Below are positions 19,529 through 27,113 of a stretch of 32,756 bases of DNA, piece after piece. Under the pieces are notes generated by a model. The model searched no databases. It was given only the letters and a program-made list of their open reading frames with translations, and was not told the DNA's origin. The translations under genes were made by a program, and so were the position numbers. The stretch lies in IMG/VR virus record IMGVR_UViG_2541047689_000008; one strand, 5' to 3'. This DNA is from a virus. Taxonomy: Duplodnaviria > Heunggongvirae > Uroviricota > Caudoviricetes. Every line of letters starts with the position of its first letter. Positions within the stretch are counted from its first letter, which is position 1.

Positions 19529-20578
19529 TTACGCCAGTACGCCTATTGCCAGCGCACGATCGATAAAACGAAATATCAGCTCCAGCTGGGAGCCATACTT
19601 CTCTTCAAATGCCACGGTATTCGCATGCAGCTCGTCGTGATGCTTTCTGCACAAAGGCAACACAAAGAGATCATGTGCTTTGGTTCCCATTCCACCCTGC
19701 CCGTGACCAATCAGATGATGCGGATCGTCGGCTGGCATACCGCAGCAAGCACACGGCTGTGTCTTAACCCAGCGTGTGTATTTCTCCTTAACCCAACGGT
19801 GACGTTTAGGCAGCTTCATGAAAGATTCCGGAGACTCTGGATCAACGGTGATGCTTACCACCGTCTTTTCCTGTGATGGGTTTTGTTGCTGGTGGGCGTG
19901 AGGCAACGGTGCAAGATTTTTTGTGCGCTGTTTCAATATGCTGGTGGCGGTCTGCTCTCCCGGTACGATGTCGCTTTCGCGGTACACCGAGCAGTTTTTT
20001 TCCGCTGGTAATCCCAGCGAGCGACGTAATACCGCTTCCGGTAGCGCGTCCGCCACCTGATTGCGGACCGCCCACCAGGATAATTCAGCCAGAGATAATT
20101 CACGCTCCTGCGTACCGCTTATTGCGTGACCGATGACGTCAATCATCCATGCTGACAGGTTTTGATGAGCAAGTTGCTCGAGTGATTCGGATGTCTGGTC
20201 ACGCAGCTGGTTGTCGCAGTGCCAGCACAACACCATTGCGCCGGTACCATAACGGTGAATAACGGTTTCGCTGTGATGATAATCGCCGTGTGGCCACTGG
20301 CAGGATTTAATATTGCGCAACAGCCAGTCAGACAATGCACCAGCACCACCAGCAGCACGAATTACCCGTGCGTTACTGAAAAACGGCAGCAATGTTTTGT
20401 CTTCCACCAGCGGCTGGCGAACGGTAGGAACGACCCCGGACGGCAGATTACGCATGCTTTTCGGTTCCGGCTCCACTAGTACCCGGGTATTGTGGAATAC
20501 CGGCATGGATTCACGGCCCGGCTTAACGACCACCAGCCCGAGTTCCGGTACCAGAACAGGTCGAAGTAATACCCGCAC
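19529..20578 (-). CDS. DUF968-family protein (YdfU-like) with C-terminal Cys/His cluster
   Basis: 349 aa; ...PCACCGMPADDPHHLIGHGQGGMGTKAHDLFVLPLCRKHHDELH... Directly upstream of Q. Confidence 0.65.
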   Translation of the reverse strand: MRVLLRPVLVPELGLVVVKPGRESMPVFHNTRVLVEPEPKSMRNLPSGVVPTVRQPLVEDKTLLPFFSNARVIRAAGGAGALSDWLLRNIKSCQWPHGDYHHSETVIHRYGTGAMVLCWHCDNQLRDQTSESLEQLAHQNLSAWMIDVIGHAISGTQERELSLAELSWWAVRNQVADALPEAVLRRSLGLPAEKNCSVYRESDIVPGEQTATSILKQRTKNLAPLPHAHQQQNPSQEKTVVSITVDPESPESFMKLPKRHRWVKEKYTRWVKTQPCACCGMPADDPHHLIGHGQGGMGTKAHDLFVLPLCRKHHDELHANTVAFEEKYGSQLELIFRFIDRALAIGVLA

Positions 20579-20579
20579 G

Positions 20580-20858
20580 TTACCTCCAGATGCGTTGCTG
20601 GAATGTACGGGACGGACGCGGTGGGCGTTCGGAGTAAGGCAATCTGACTGAGATTATCCAGTGACGGTAGTCGAGACTAAGGGCTTTCTTAACCTCGTAT
20701 CCGCGCCTGCGGTAACACTGAATTATCCATTCAGCCTGCTCTTCAGTGCATGGAGGGTGTTGGAACCATTCAGACTTGAATGCGTAAGAATACCGCTCGT
20801 GCGTGCAGACAAGAACGGGCGAATTATCAGAATTGTAATATTTTACGTTGCGTGCCAT
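20580..20858 (-). CDS. Hypothetical protein
   Basis: 92 aa, GGAG 7 nt upstream of ATG 20858, abuts the DUF968 gene. Confidence 0.5.
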   Translation of the reverse strand: MARNVKYYNSDNSPVLVCTHERYSYAFKSEWFQHPPCTEEQAEWIIQCYRRRGYEVKKALSLDYRHWIISVRLPYSERPPRPSRTFQQRIWR

Positions 20859-20924
20859 CGGTTTTCTCCGGTGGCACGGTGTTACTCAGCGGGAGTTCAG
20901 CCCCGCGCAAGATTGTAGATGAGT

Positions 20925-21176
20925 TTATTCTTCTGCAAAAGCTGAAAAGCCTGCTTTTATTCCGATCTCTTTCAGTGCCTGTAATGAAGTGACAAACTCA
21001 CCTTCGCGCAAGATAAATCCGTCTGTCACTCGACCATCCACAAAATTAATTAACGCAGCCCCATTCTTTCGCAAACACATAATGCGGTAATGACTAACAA
21101 GATTTCCATTTTCAACGCACACAGCATAGAGGCCATCTTCACAAAAAATTTTACGCAGTTCTTCGATGTTCATCAT
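20925..21176 (-). CDS. Small protein, possibly Rem-like
   Basis: 83 aa, MMNIEELRKIFCEDGLYAVCVENGNLVSHYRIMCLRKNGAALINFVDGRV... Size and position match Qin rem (recalled, not verified). Confidence 0.5.
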   Translation of the reverse strand: MMNIEELRKIFCEDGLYAVCVENGNLVSHYRIMCLRKNGAALINFVDGRVTDGFILREGEFVTSLQALKEIGIKAGFSAFAEE

Positions 21177-21299
21177 CAGAATCCTTCCGGATAATTAGCT
21201 CTCCCCTTTAAGGGACCATCCCTCTTATCCCTGCGCGCTACTTAAGTATTTTTGATTCTATTCCGGCACCGTCCAGAACTTCAAACGCGTTGAAAATAA

Positions 21300-21325
21300 A
21301 AACAAAAACCCGCCGAAGCGGGTTA
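21300..21325 (-). terminator. Rho-independent terminator downstream of hok
   Basis: CCCGC-TTCG-GCGGG hairpin followed by TTTTTGTTTTTATTTT on the - strand. Confidence 0.65.
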
Positions 21326-21392
21326 AGTGCGGGTGCGTTGAGGATGCCTGCCACATCAGAGGTGGCGAGGGATTTCTCCCTCGCCGGGTCTC

Positions 21393-21548
21393 TTACTCCT
21401 CAGGTTCGTAAGCTGTGAAGACAGCGACCTCCGTCTGGCCGGTTCGGATTCGTACCTCGCAGAGGTCTTTCCTCGTTACCAGTGCCGTCACTATGACGGT
21501 TAAACAGATGACGATCAGGGCGATTAACATCGCCTTTTGCTGCTTCAT
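21393..21548 (-). CDS. hokD: Hok-family type I toxin (HokD/RelF-like)
   Basis: MKQQKAMLIALIVICLTVIVTALVTRKDLCEVRIRTGQTEVAVFTAYEPEE, matches recalled HokD. AAGGAGAAG upstream. The in-frame upstream extension in the ORF track is rejected. Confidence 0.85.
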   Translation of the reverse strand: MKQQKAMLIALIVICLTVIVTALVTRKDLCEVRIRTGQTEVAVFTAYEPEE

Positions 21549-21759
21549 AGCCTGCTTCTCCTTGCCTTCCGGCACGTAAGAGGCTAACCTACATGTGTCT
21601 AGCATGAAATTGGCCTCAGATTAATGTTAAGCGTCTTGCAGGACGCGTAATGTTAACTGGGGCTTTTCTCTATCTGCCTTTGGTGTTCATGCCCGAGGCA
21701 GATAGCCTCAAGCACCCGCAGCCATTCTACTTAACTACCTTTACCTCGCCAATATGAAA

Positions 21760-21849
21760 TCAGTCAGAAAGGCGATCCATAAGAACAATAGCAAGACAAT
21801 AAATTGCCATTACAGCCGCAATAGCCAGCGCACACTTGAGAACCAGCAC
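21760..21849 (-). CDS. Candidate small hydrophobic membrane peptide (29 aa)
   Basis: AGGAGG, 5 nt spacer, GTG; MLVLKCALAIAAVMAIYCLAIVLMDRLSD (single predicted TM helix plus charged tail). Below the ORF-track size cutoff. Confidence 0.3.
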   Translation of the reverse strand: MLVLKCALAIAAVMAIYCLAIVLMDRLSD

Positions 21850-22051
21850 GACAACCTCCTGTATTGGACGTACACCAGTCCTGATAAATATGAGGCGGCC
21901 TCTTAAGTGATTCAATACAACTATTAGGTATAATTAGTCAGATTTTTTCTGTGGAAATGGGACATTACAACCTATCGCCACCAACAATTGAGACGCTAAT
22001 CGCCCCATCTCGTAACCTTATCCAAAACGAGGCCTAAATCATGGCAATTGA

Positions 22052-22273
22052 CTAACGTTTCTGAGTAGATAATGCCCTGAAGTAAGCGTTGCTAATCGAT
22101 TGATAAATCTCAATATCTTCAGAACCTGCAAGTTCGACATACTCACTCTCACATGTAGACGGTTGAGCAGTGTGTTGGACACTTCTCGTGTTCGAGTGGA
22201 TTGTTCCTATACTAACTTCTGTTAATATAGGTAGTTCCAACTGGTTTCTGTCGTTTTTTTTCATATAAATCAC
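22052..22273 (-). CDS. Hypothetical small protein translationally coupled to the deaminase gene
   Basis: 73 aa. GTG start overlaps the deaminase stop (GTGA); GAGG 5 nt upstream; an ATG lies 9 nt further in. Confidence 0.4.
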   Translation of the reverse strand: MIYMKKNDRNQLELPILTEVSIGTIHSNTRSVQHTAQPSTCESEYVELAGSEDIEIYQSISNAYFRALSTQKR

Positions 22274-23541
22274 TCAAGCCTCAACAAGTTAAGTTTATTA
22301 CTATCAACTTCAGCAATAACTACCTGTTCTAATTTAGGAATCGCTTTGAGACTAACGCTATCCACAGGCATAGCCGCACCCTCTGTCGCTAACTCTAGCA
22401 CCCCAGCTTTAGATTTTCGAGATCCAGATTCAAAAAGCTCAAGAAACCTAGTTGGAGCTACTCCATCAAATTGTATCAATTTCACTTTTTCATCAGTCTC
22501 GATTACTGATTCGGTCATCGCATCCGAATGAAGTTTAAGAGCTAAGCTTTTTCTATACGGCTCAATAAAATATACTTCAGAGATACCAGAAGCGATAATA
22601 TGCCTTGCGCAGGAATGACATGGATAGGTTGTTACAAATATTTTTCCGCCTAAAATTCTTTCTCCTGCCACACGAGATGCGCCAAGAATCGCGTGCATTT
22701 CTGCATGAACCGCTCTTGAAAACTCTATTAAATCTTTTAATCGTGAGTTTTTTATAATAGTTTGAATCGCCGCTTCTCTTTTTTTTACAGGGATTATTTT
22801 TTCCTGTACAAGGCTATCAATGACAACTTCAGCCAATATTCTCTTTTCCGCATCATTCGAGCAATTTCTATTTTGTAATGTATAACAACGATGATCAGGA
22901 TCAATAACTTTTAAGCGGATAGATTGTTTACCATAGAGACCACCACCATTACGAGGCACATCATTCCAACCGGTAGAAAGAAGTTCTCCAGATGAAGATG
23001 TTACTGCAGCACCAACTTGTCTTGATAGACATGCAGAATTACGAGCCGCTGAGGTGGCTGCATACATTGCATTTTCCTCTTCAGTCGGTGATATAACTGA
23101 ACTCCTAAAAATTAGCTTAAAGAAACGTTCCAGTTTAGATAGAATTTGGCCTTTAGCATCGGCATTTCCTGGCTCTGCCAACCCACTGTCAACCCGCAAA
23201 AAGTAATCACACTTCGGGAAAGTGTCTCTAACTGATTGCCCATGATCGAACTCTTCACCAGAATCAGTATTGATTAGTTCAGCAATATCTTCAACGCTTA
23301 GTCTATTAATTTTTGAAAGATTTTCACGCCTTGCCTCTAAAGGGGAAAATACACCTATAGAGAAAATCATTTTTCCATAGATTGATTTCAACAATCTCAA
23401 GCTCAGAAGAGTTTTTAACTGAGTCAATAATATGACAAATTTTTTGATTTTTAATCTTACTCGCTTCCCCTTTGCTGGATTCATTAACAATATCATCAAA
23501 TTCACCAAAGTTTTTTTTACGCTCGGCGCTAATTTTAGCAA
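22270..23541 (-). CDS. C-terminal portion of a frameshift-split gene: dCMP/cytidine-deaminase-fold domain
   Basis: Zinc-binding signature VHAEMHAILGA...(29 aa)...TTYPCHSCARHI (HAE...PCxxC), preceded by AARNSACLSRQVGAAV. The first 60 or so codons of this frame are Leu/Lys-rich AT-driven noise overlapping the upstream ORF. AT-rich. Confidence 0.7.
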   Translation of the reverse strand: MLKLAPSVKKTLVNLMILLMNPAKGKRVRLKIKKFVILLTQLKTLLSLRLLKSIYGKMIFSIGVFSPLEARRENLSKINRLSVEDIAELINTDSGEEFDHGQSVRDTFPKCDYFLRVDSGLAEPGNADAKGQILSKLERFFKLIFRSSVISPTEEENAMYAATSAARNSACLSRQVGAAVTSSSGELLSTGWNDVPRNGGGLYGKQSIRLKVIDPDHRCYTLQNRNCSNDAEKRILAEVVIDSLVQEKIIPVKKREAAIQTIIKNSRLKDLIEFSRAVHAEMHAILGASRVAGERILGGKIFVTTYPCHSCARHIIASGISEVYFIEPYRKSLALKLHSDAMTESVIETDEKVKLIQFDGVAPTRFLELFESGSRKSKAGVLELATEGAAMPVDSVSLKAIPKLEQVVIAEVDSNKLNLLRLE

Positions 23542-23908
23542 TAGCTAATTTTGCAAGAATATCACTACCATAAATTTCACGAAGTTTATCACCCACAGTT
23601 ATAAGTGACTTGAATTTCTTTAGATTAGTGCTTTCATCAATATTAATTGATGTATATTTTGAATTAATCCGGATTAGATCACTCAAGCGTATGTCGTATG
23701 TTTTATAGCCATATTTTTTAAGCGAGAATGATATCTGCTCAGCAGTCTCATGTAGCGGTGAACCAATTGGCCCACAAAGTGCGATTATAATCTCTGGAGT
23801 AACACTGTCTTTTATTTCTTGAGTTGCATTAATTGTTGACAGCTCGGCAACATCATCATTCCCAACAAGTTGAAACTCTTGACTTTTATCTAAGGCTGTG
23901 CCTTGCAT
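23324..23908 (-). CDS. N-terminal portion of the same split gene: nucleotide-kinase-like domain with degenerate P-loop
   Basis: PEIIIALCGPIGSPLHETAE resembles a Walker-A/NMP-kinase P-loop but lacks the GK[ST] lysine. Frame ends at TGA 23324 after running about 218 nt in parallel with the downstream frame. AGGATAAGGG upstream of ATG 23908. Confidence 0.65.
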   Translation of the reverse strand: MQGTALDKSQEFQLVGNDDVAELSTINATQEIKDSVTPEIIIALCGPIGSPLHETAEQISFSLKKYGYKTYDIRLSDLIRINSKYTSINIDESTNLKKFKSLITVGDKLREIYGSDILAKLAIAKISAERKKNFGEFDDIVNESSKGEASKIKNQKICHIIDSVKNSSELEIVEINLWKNDFLYRCIFPFRGKA

Positions 23909-24199
23909 GCCCTTATCCTAATTAATAGTATTTTTCCCTCTTTATAGCTAATTAAGATAAATGTTGCAAAGTAATATTGCACATGAAACTTGAGTTAGTA
24001 ATCCTTTTGACTAGATGGTTTGACCTGCGCCCTATAGATAAACACACTACGCTGTTAGCAACGTTCGCTTCTGGCACAAAGCAGGCACCACACTAGTTCT
24101 TCCCTGTACCATAAAAATGTCAATTCACATATGAACAAATGCTATTTAATCTAAAAATGTCTATAAATACCGTGTAATTCACTGATAAAATGCCAATAT

Positions 24200-24577
24200 T
24201 CACTGAATAACTTCACTCCTCCGGTACTCGCGACAGATTATGTTTAGGTGACTGTCGTAGCGACGTATTTCTCCGTCAGGTAATGACCAGATAAGGTCCG
24301 GATCAACCACAGCGGGTTTCTTCACCTTCGCCCTAGAGAGTTTTTTGCGGGCATTTTGCCAGTCCTTTCGTGCCTGTTGAGACGGGAATAACGCGTAGCC
24401 GGAGTTGTATACATAACAACTGGCAACCAGCTCTCTGGCAAGAATGCTCATCAGATATCTTGTCGCACCTGTCTTGGCTTCCAGTTGCCGTAACGTCTCA
24501 CGACCGCTCTGGCGCACGAGTTCCACCACCTGCCCTTTAATTTTTTCCCGCTCTTCTTGTGTAAAAACTTTTGCCAC
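24200..24577 (-). CDS. Hypothetical protein downstream of the replication initiator (P position)
   Basis: 125 aa basic ORF, 40 nt after the O-like gene. No family recognised. Confidence 0.45.
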   Translation of the reverse strand: MAKVFTQEEREKIKGQVVELVRQSGRETLRQLEAKTGATRYLMSILARELVASCYVYNSGYALFPSQQARKDWQNARKKLSRAKVKKPAVVDPDLIWSLPDGEIRRYDSHLNIICREYRRSEVIQ

Positions 24578-24617
24578 AAGTCCCCCTTAAAATTACCTCA
24601 TGACCTGAAATCAACAC

Positions 24618-25583
24618 TTATCCCCTGAAACCAGGCGGAATTTCGGTATCCGGTTCAGAAATATGATTCACACAACGCTTTATTGGCGAACGCCCCAGGC
24701 GAATAACCAGCTCATCCCATTTTTCGCGAAGCTTTGACGGACTCATGATGTTTTTGACCCAGAATGGATCTCGCTGTACCCGACCAAACATTTCGCAAAT
24801 TTGTCTGTGGCTTCTGCCATCCAGCATCCGCATTGTGCGCACGTCATTGGCCCAGGCAGTCCAGTTAGGCTCTTTTGGTCGCATGATCTCGCCATCATCA
24901 CTGGCGGCCTGTTCGTAGAGACCCACGATCCGCCCCCAGATCCACTGCGCACACGCCAAATCCTCCTGGCTACCCCACTGCCGTTTTTTCGCACTAAACA
25001 CAACTGCGTCAGGGTGCCGGATTAAAAAATCCTGTTCAGCCGTCTGCTGGTCCGGTTGCAAAGCTTCCGGACGAAAAGTGTTTTTATTCTCTGTAGTAAT
25101 CTCTGTTGTATTCTCTGTAGGATCATCGGGCCATTTTGACCCGATGACATTGGGTCGTTTTGAACCAATGGAGCGTTTCATTTTGACCTCTTCCATCATG
25201 TCATTTTGACCTGATGGAGCGACGCATTTTGAACTGATGGATTCGCTCAATTTGCCACCATCTAAAAGATCGCTCCCGTAGTTGATCGTGTAGAAATTGG
25301 TCATGTCGCGCTTTGATTTATTGAGCTTTTCGCAACGCAAAAGCCCCAGCGTTTTCAGACTTGCAAACGCGCGCTTTAACGTTGACTCTGACCAGAATGG
25401 GAACTGCGCCAGCCATTGTTCCGTTGTGTTGTAAATCCAGCGAACACCATCGCATTCCATGCCGGAATTGGTATCTCTCAACCAGTAATGCAGTTGCTGC
25501 AACACAATGGCTTCGTTTAAGCCAATCTTCATCGCAAGCTGTGTGTTTATAACCAGTGGGCGTTCAGCAAAAAGAAGGCTCAT
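24618..25583 (-). CDS. Replication initiator / replisome organiser (lambda O-like role), with ori iterons inside the gene
   Basis: 321 aa from ATG 25583 (MSLLFAERPLVINTQLAMKIGLNEAIVLQQLHYWL...). The coding sequence contains five direct repeats at 23-24 bp spacing. Follows a cII-position gene and the Cro-like dicC. Confidence 0.72.
   Translation of the reverse strand: MSLLFAERPLVINTQLAMKIGLNEAIVLQQLHYWLRDTNSGMECDGVRWIYNTTEQWLAQFPFWSESTLKRAFASLKTLGLLRCEKLNKSKRDMTNFYTINYGSDLLDGGKLSESISSKCVAPSGQNDMMEEVKMKRSIGSKRPNVIGSKWPDDPTENTTEITTENKNTFRPEALQPDQQTAEQDFLIRHPDAVVFSAKKRQWGSQEDLACAQWIWGRIVGLYEQAASDDGEIMRPKEPNWTAWANDVRTMRMLDGRSHRQICEMFGRVQRDPFWVKNIMSPSKLREKWDELVIRLGRSPIKRCVNHISEPDTEIPPGFRG
25132..25234. 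repeat. Replication origin iterons (5 copies)
   Basis: CATTTTGACC at 25132, CGTTTTGAACC at 25156, CATTTTGACC at 25179, CATTTTGACC at 25202, CATTTTGAAC at 25225, each followed by a GATGR-like motif. Flanked by TCTCTGTAG repeats (25088-25120) and A/T-rich stretches. Confidence 0.7.
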
Positions 25584-26085
25584 AATTCCATCCAGCTTTT
25601 TGTTGGTATTGCTGTCGATACGCAAGCTTGAAAGCAATTGCTTTTTCTATAAGTTCGTCAGTTTCACGATCTACAACGGCAGGATCTGCAAAAAGCAGTC
25701 CGGACTCCACCACATCGCCATATTCTTTATTTAACCCAGCGATCATGTACGTAATACTCTTTCCGTCACTAATTTCACGATACAACCTGAAATCACTAAT
25801 CCGGATAGCCTCCATAATTGCAGGCACTAGCGCTGTGAACTTTTCACGCTTATCCCTGGTGTCGATAGCCTTCCAGCGTTCGAATATCTTCACTCGATTA
25901 ACGCTAAGCGCTCGCTGATCAACCGCGCCACCTTCATATGTGACACGCTGAACATCGATGTTCGGGCGCTCTTTCAAAGCCCAGAATGCTTCAGTGATTA
26001 ATATCGTCGCCTGCTCCTGTGTCATTCCTGGTCGACATATCCAGGCATCCAGAGCCTCACGAGCCTGTTCAGGAGTGATTTTCAT
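25564..26085 (-). CDS. Hypothetical early protein (cII position)
   Basis: 173 aa. ATG 26085 with GGGGG upstream; overlaps the dicC stop by 17 nt and the O start by 20 nt. Confidence 0.5.
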   Translation of the reverse strand: MKITPEQAREALDAWICRPGMTQEQATILITEAFWALKERPNIDVQRVTYEGGAVDQRALSVNRVKIFERWKAIDTRDKREKFTALVPAIMEAIRISDFRLYREISDGKSITYMIAGLNKEYGDVVESGLLFADPAVVDRETDELIEKAIAFKLAYRQQYQQKAGWNYEPSFC

Positions 26086-26299
26086 TGTTCAACCCCCCCG
26101 CCCGCTTCGTCTTACGATATTCGTCATAAACTTTGGGATCATACTGAAGCTCCCCGCCAGATGCCTCCTGTAGACGCATCGCGCGACCTTCGGGAACTAA
26201 ATCCCCTTTCCAGCTATAAAGCGAAGCCAAACGAATACCTGCTGCTTGTGCAAGTTTTGTTTTTGAACCGAAATACAAAAGAGCGTCAGTTTTAAGCAT
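26069..26299 (-). CDS. dicC: Cro-like repressor DicC
   Basis: 76 aa with helix-turn-helix (SKTKLAQAAGIRLASLYSW). Divergent from dicA across an operator-bearing intergenic region. Confidence 0.72.
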   Translation of the reverse strand: MLKTDALLYFGSKTKLAQAAGIRLASLYSWKGDLVPEGRAMRLQEASGGELQYDPKVYDEYRKTKRAGGLNNENHS

Positions 26300-26313
26300 T
26301 TAAAACACCTTGC

Positions 26314-26333
26314 TTGTTAGTCATGACTAACAA
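26314..26333. promoter_or_regulatory. Operator: perfect 20-bp palindrome in the dicC-dicA intergenic region
   Basis: TTGTTAGTCATGACTAACAA. A second 8-bp palindrome TTAGCTAA lies just upstream of the dicA start. Confidence 0.6.
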
Positions 26334-26382
26334 AATAGATGTTAACAAAAACATAGTCAATACGATTTAGCATTAGCTAACT

Positions 26383-26790
26383 ATGGATACAAAAAATTTA
26401 ACCATCGGCGAACGCATTAGGTATCGTCGGAAAAACCTCAAACACACCCAAAGGTCTCTTGCTAAAGCCCTGAAAATCTCCCATGTGTCTGTATCACAAT
26501 GGGAACGGGATGATAGTGAACCTACAGGGAAGAACCTTTTTGCCCTCAGCAAAGTATTGCAATGCTCACCAACATGGATTCTATTTGGCGATGAAGACAA
26601 GCAACCAACACCACCCGTTGAGAAGCCGGTTGCCTTAGCCCCCAAAGAACTAGAGCTCCTTGAGCTGTTTAATGCACTGCCAGAATCAGAACAGGATACC
26701 CAGCTCGCCGAAATGCGAGCTCGAGTAAAAAATTTCAATAAACTCTTTGAAGAATTACTAAAAGCCCGTCAGCGGACAAATAAAAGATAA
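26383..26790 (+). CDS. dicA: cI-like repressor DicA (HTH-XRE)
   Basis: MDTKNLTIGERIRYRRKNLKHTQRSLAKALKISHVSVSQWERDDSEPTGKNLFALSKVLQCSPTWILFGDED..., 135 aa, matches recalled DicA. Confidence 0.9.
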   Translation: MDTKNLTIGERIRYRRKNLKHTQRSLAKALKISHVSVSQWERDDSEPTGKNLFALSKVLQCSPTWILFGDEDKQPTPPVEKPVALAPKELELLELFNALPESEQDTQLAEMRARVKNFNKLFEELLKARQRTNKR

Positions 26791-26825
26791 CATCATCAAT
26801 GAGTTATCTTTTATTATATCAATTA

Positions 26826-26878
26826 TGTTAGCCATAACATACAAAACCACTTGACCAATATGTTAGCCATGACTAATC
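26826..26878. promoter_or_regulatory. Operator-like half-site repeats upstream of the ydfA-dicB operon (candidate dicB promoter/operator)
   Basis: ATGTTAGCCATAACAT and TGTTAGCCATGACTAATC resemble the TTGTTAGTCATGACTAACAA operator. Confidence 0.45.
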
Positions 26879-26956
26879 TTGTTTACATCAACACACCGCA
26901 CGGTGTTCTCAGCAAACAGTTCCGCCACCCCGGCGTTAAGGGGAAATGAGGTCAGC

Positions 26957-27112
26957 ATGGATACTATCGATCTTGGCAACAACGAATCTCTGGTATGTGG
27001 CGTGTTCCCCAACCAGGACGGCACGTTCACCGCGATGACGTATACCAAAAGCAAAACGTTTAAAACCGAAAATGGTGCCCGTCGCTGGCTGGAAAGAAAC
27101 TCAGGTGAGTGA
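26957..27112 (+). CDS. ydfA: YdfA-like small protein
   Basis: MDTIDLGNNESLVCGVFPNQDGTFTAMTYTKSKTFKTENGARRWLERNSGE (51 aa). GAGG upstream. Confidence 0.8.
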   Translation: MDTIDLGNNESLVCGVFPNQDGTFTAMTYTKSKTFKTENGARRWLERNSGE

Positions 27113-27113
27113 T

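Noticed and set aside
21549-21605. In-frame upstream extension of hok (MLDTCRLASYVPEGKEKQA-)
   Set aside because: The Hok family start MKQQKAM has its own strong SD (AAGGAGAAG); the extension is bounded by a stop and is not part of known Hok proteins.
23370-23541. First 60 or so codons of the 423-aa deaminase ORF (MLKLAPSVKKTLVNLMILLM...)
   Set aside because: Leu/Lys-rich low-complexity sequence from a TTG start, overlapping the better-looking upstream frame. Interpreted as out-of-frame read-through created by the frameshift, not real protein.
24118-24123. Perfect TTGACA -35 hexamer on the - strand upstream of the deaminase gene as a defined promoter
   Set aside because: No acceptable -10 hexamer at 16-18 bp spacing (AGAACT); kept only as part of the leader finding.
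25132-25234. Possible CRISPR array (regularly spaced direct repeats)
   Set aside because: Only five short imperfect repeats with 23-24 bp period, no spacer-like unique segments of CRISPR length and no cas genes; they sit inside the replication initiator gene, which fits ori iterons.
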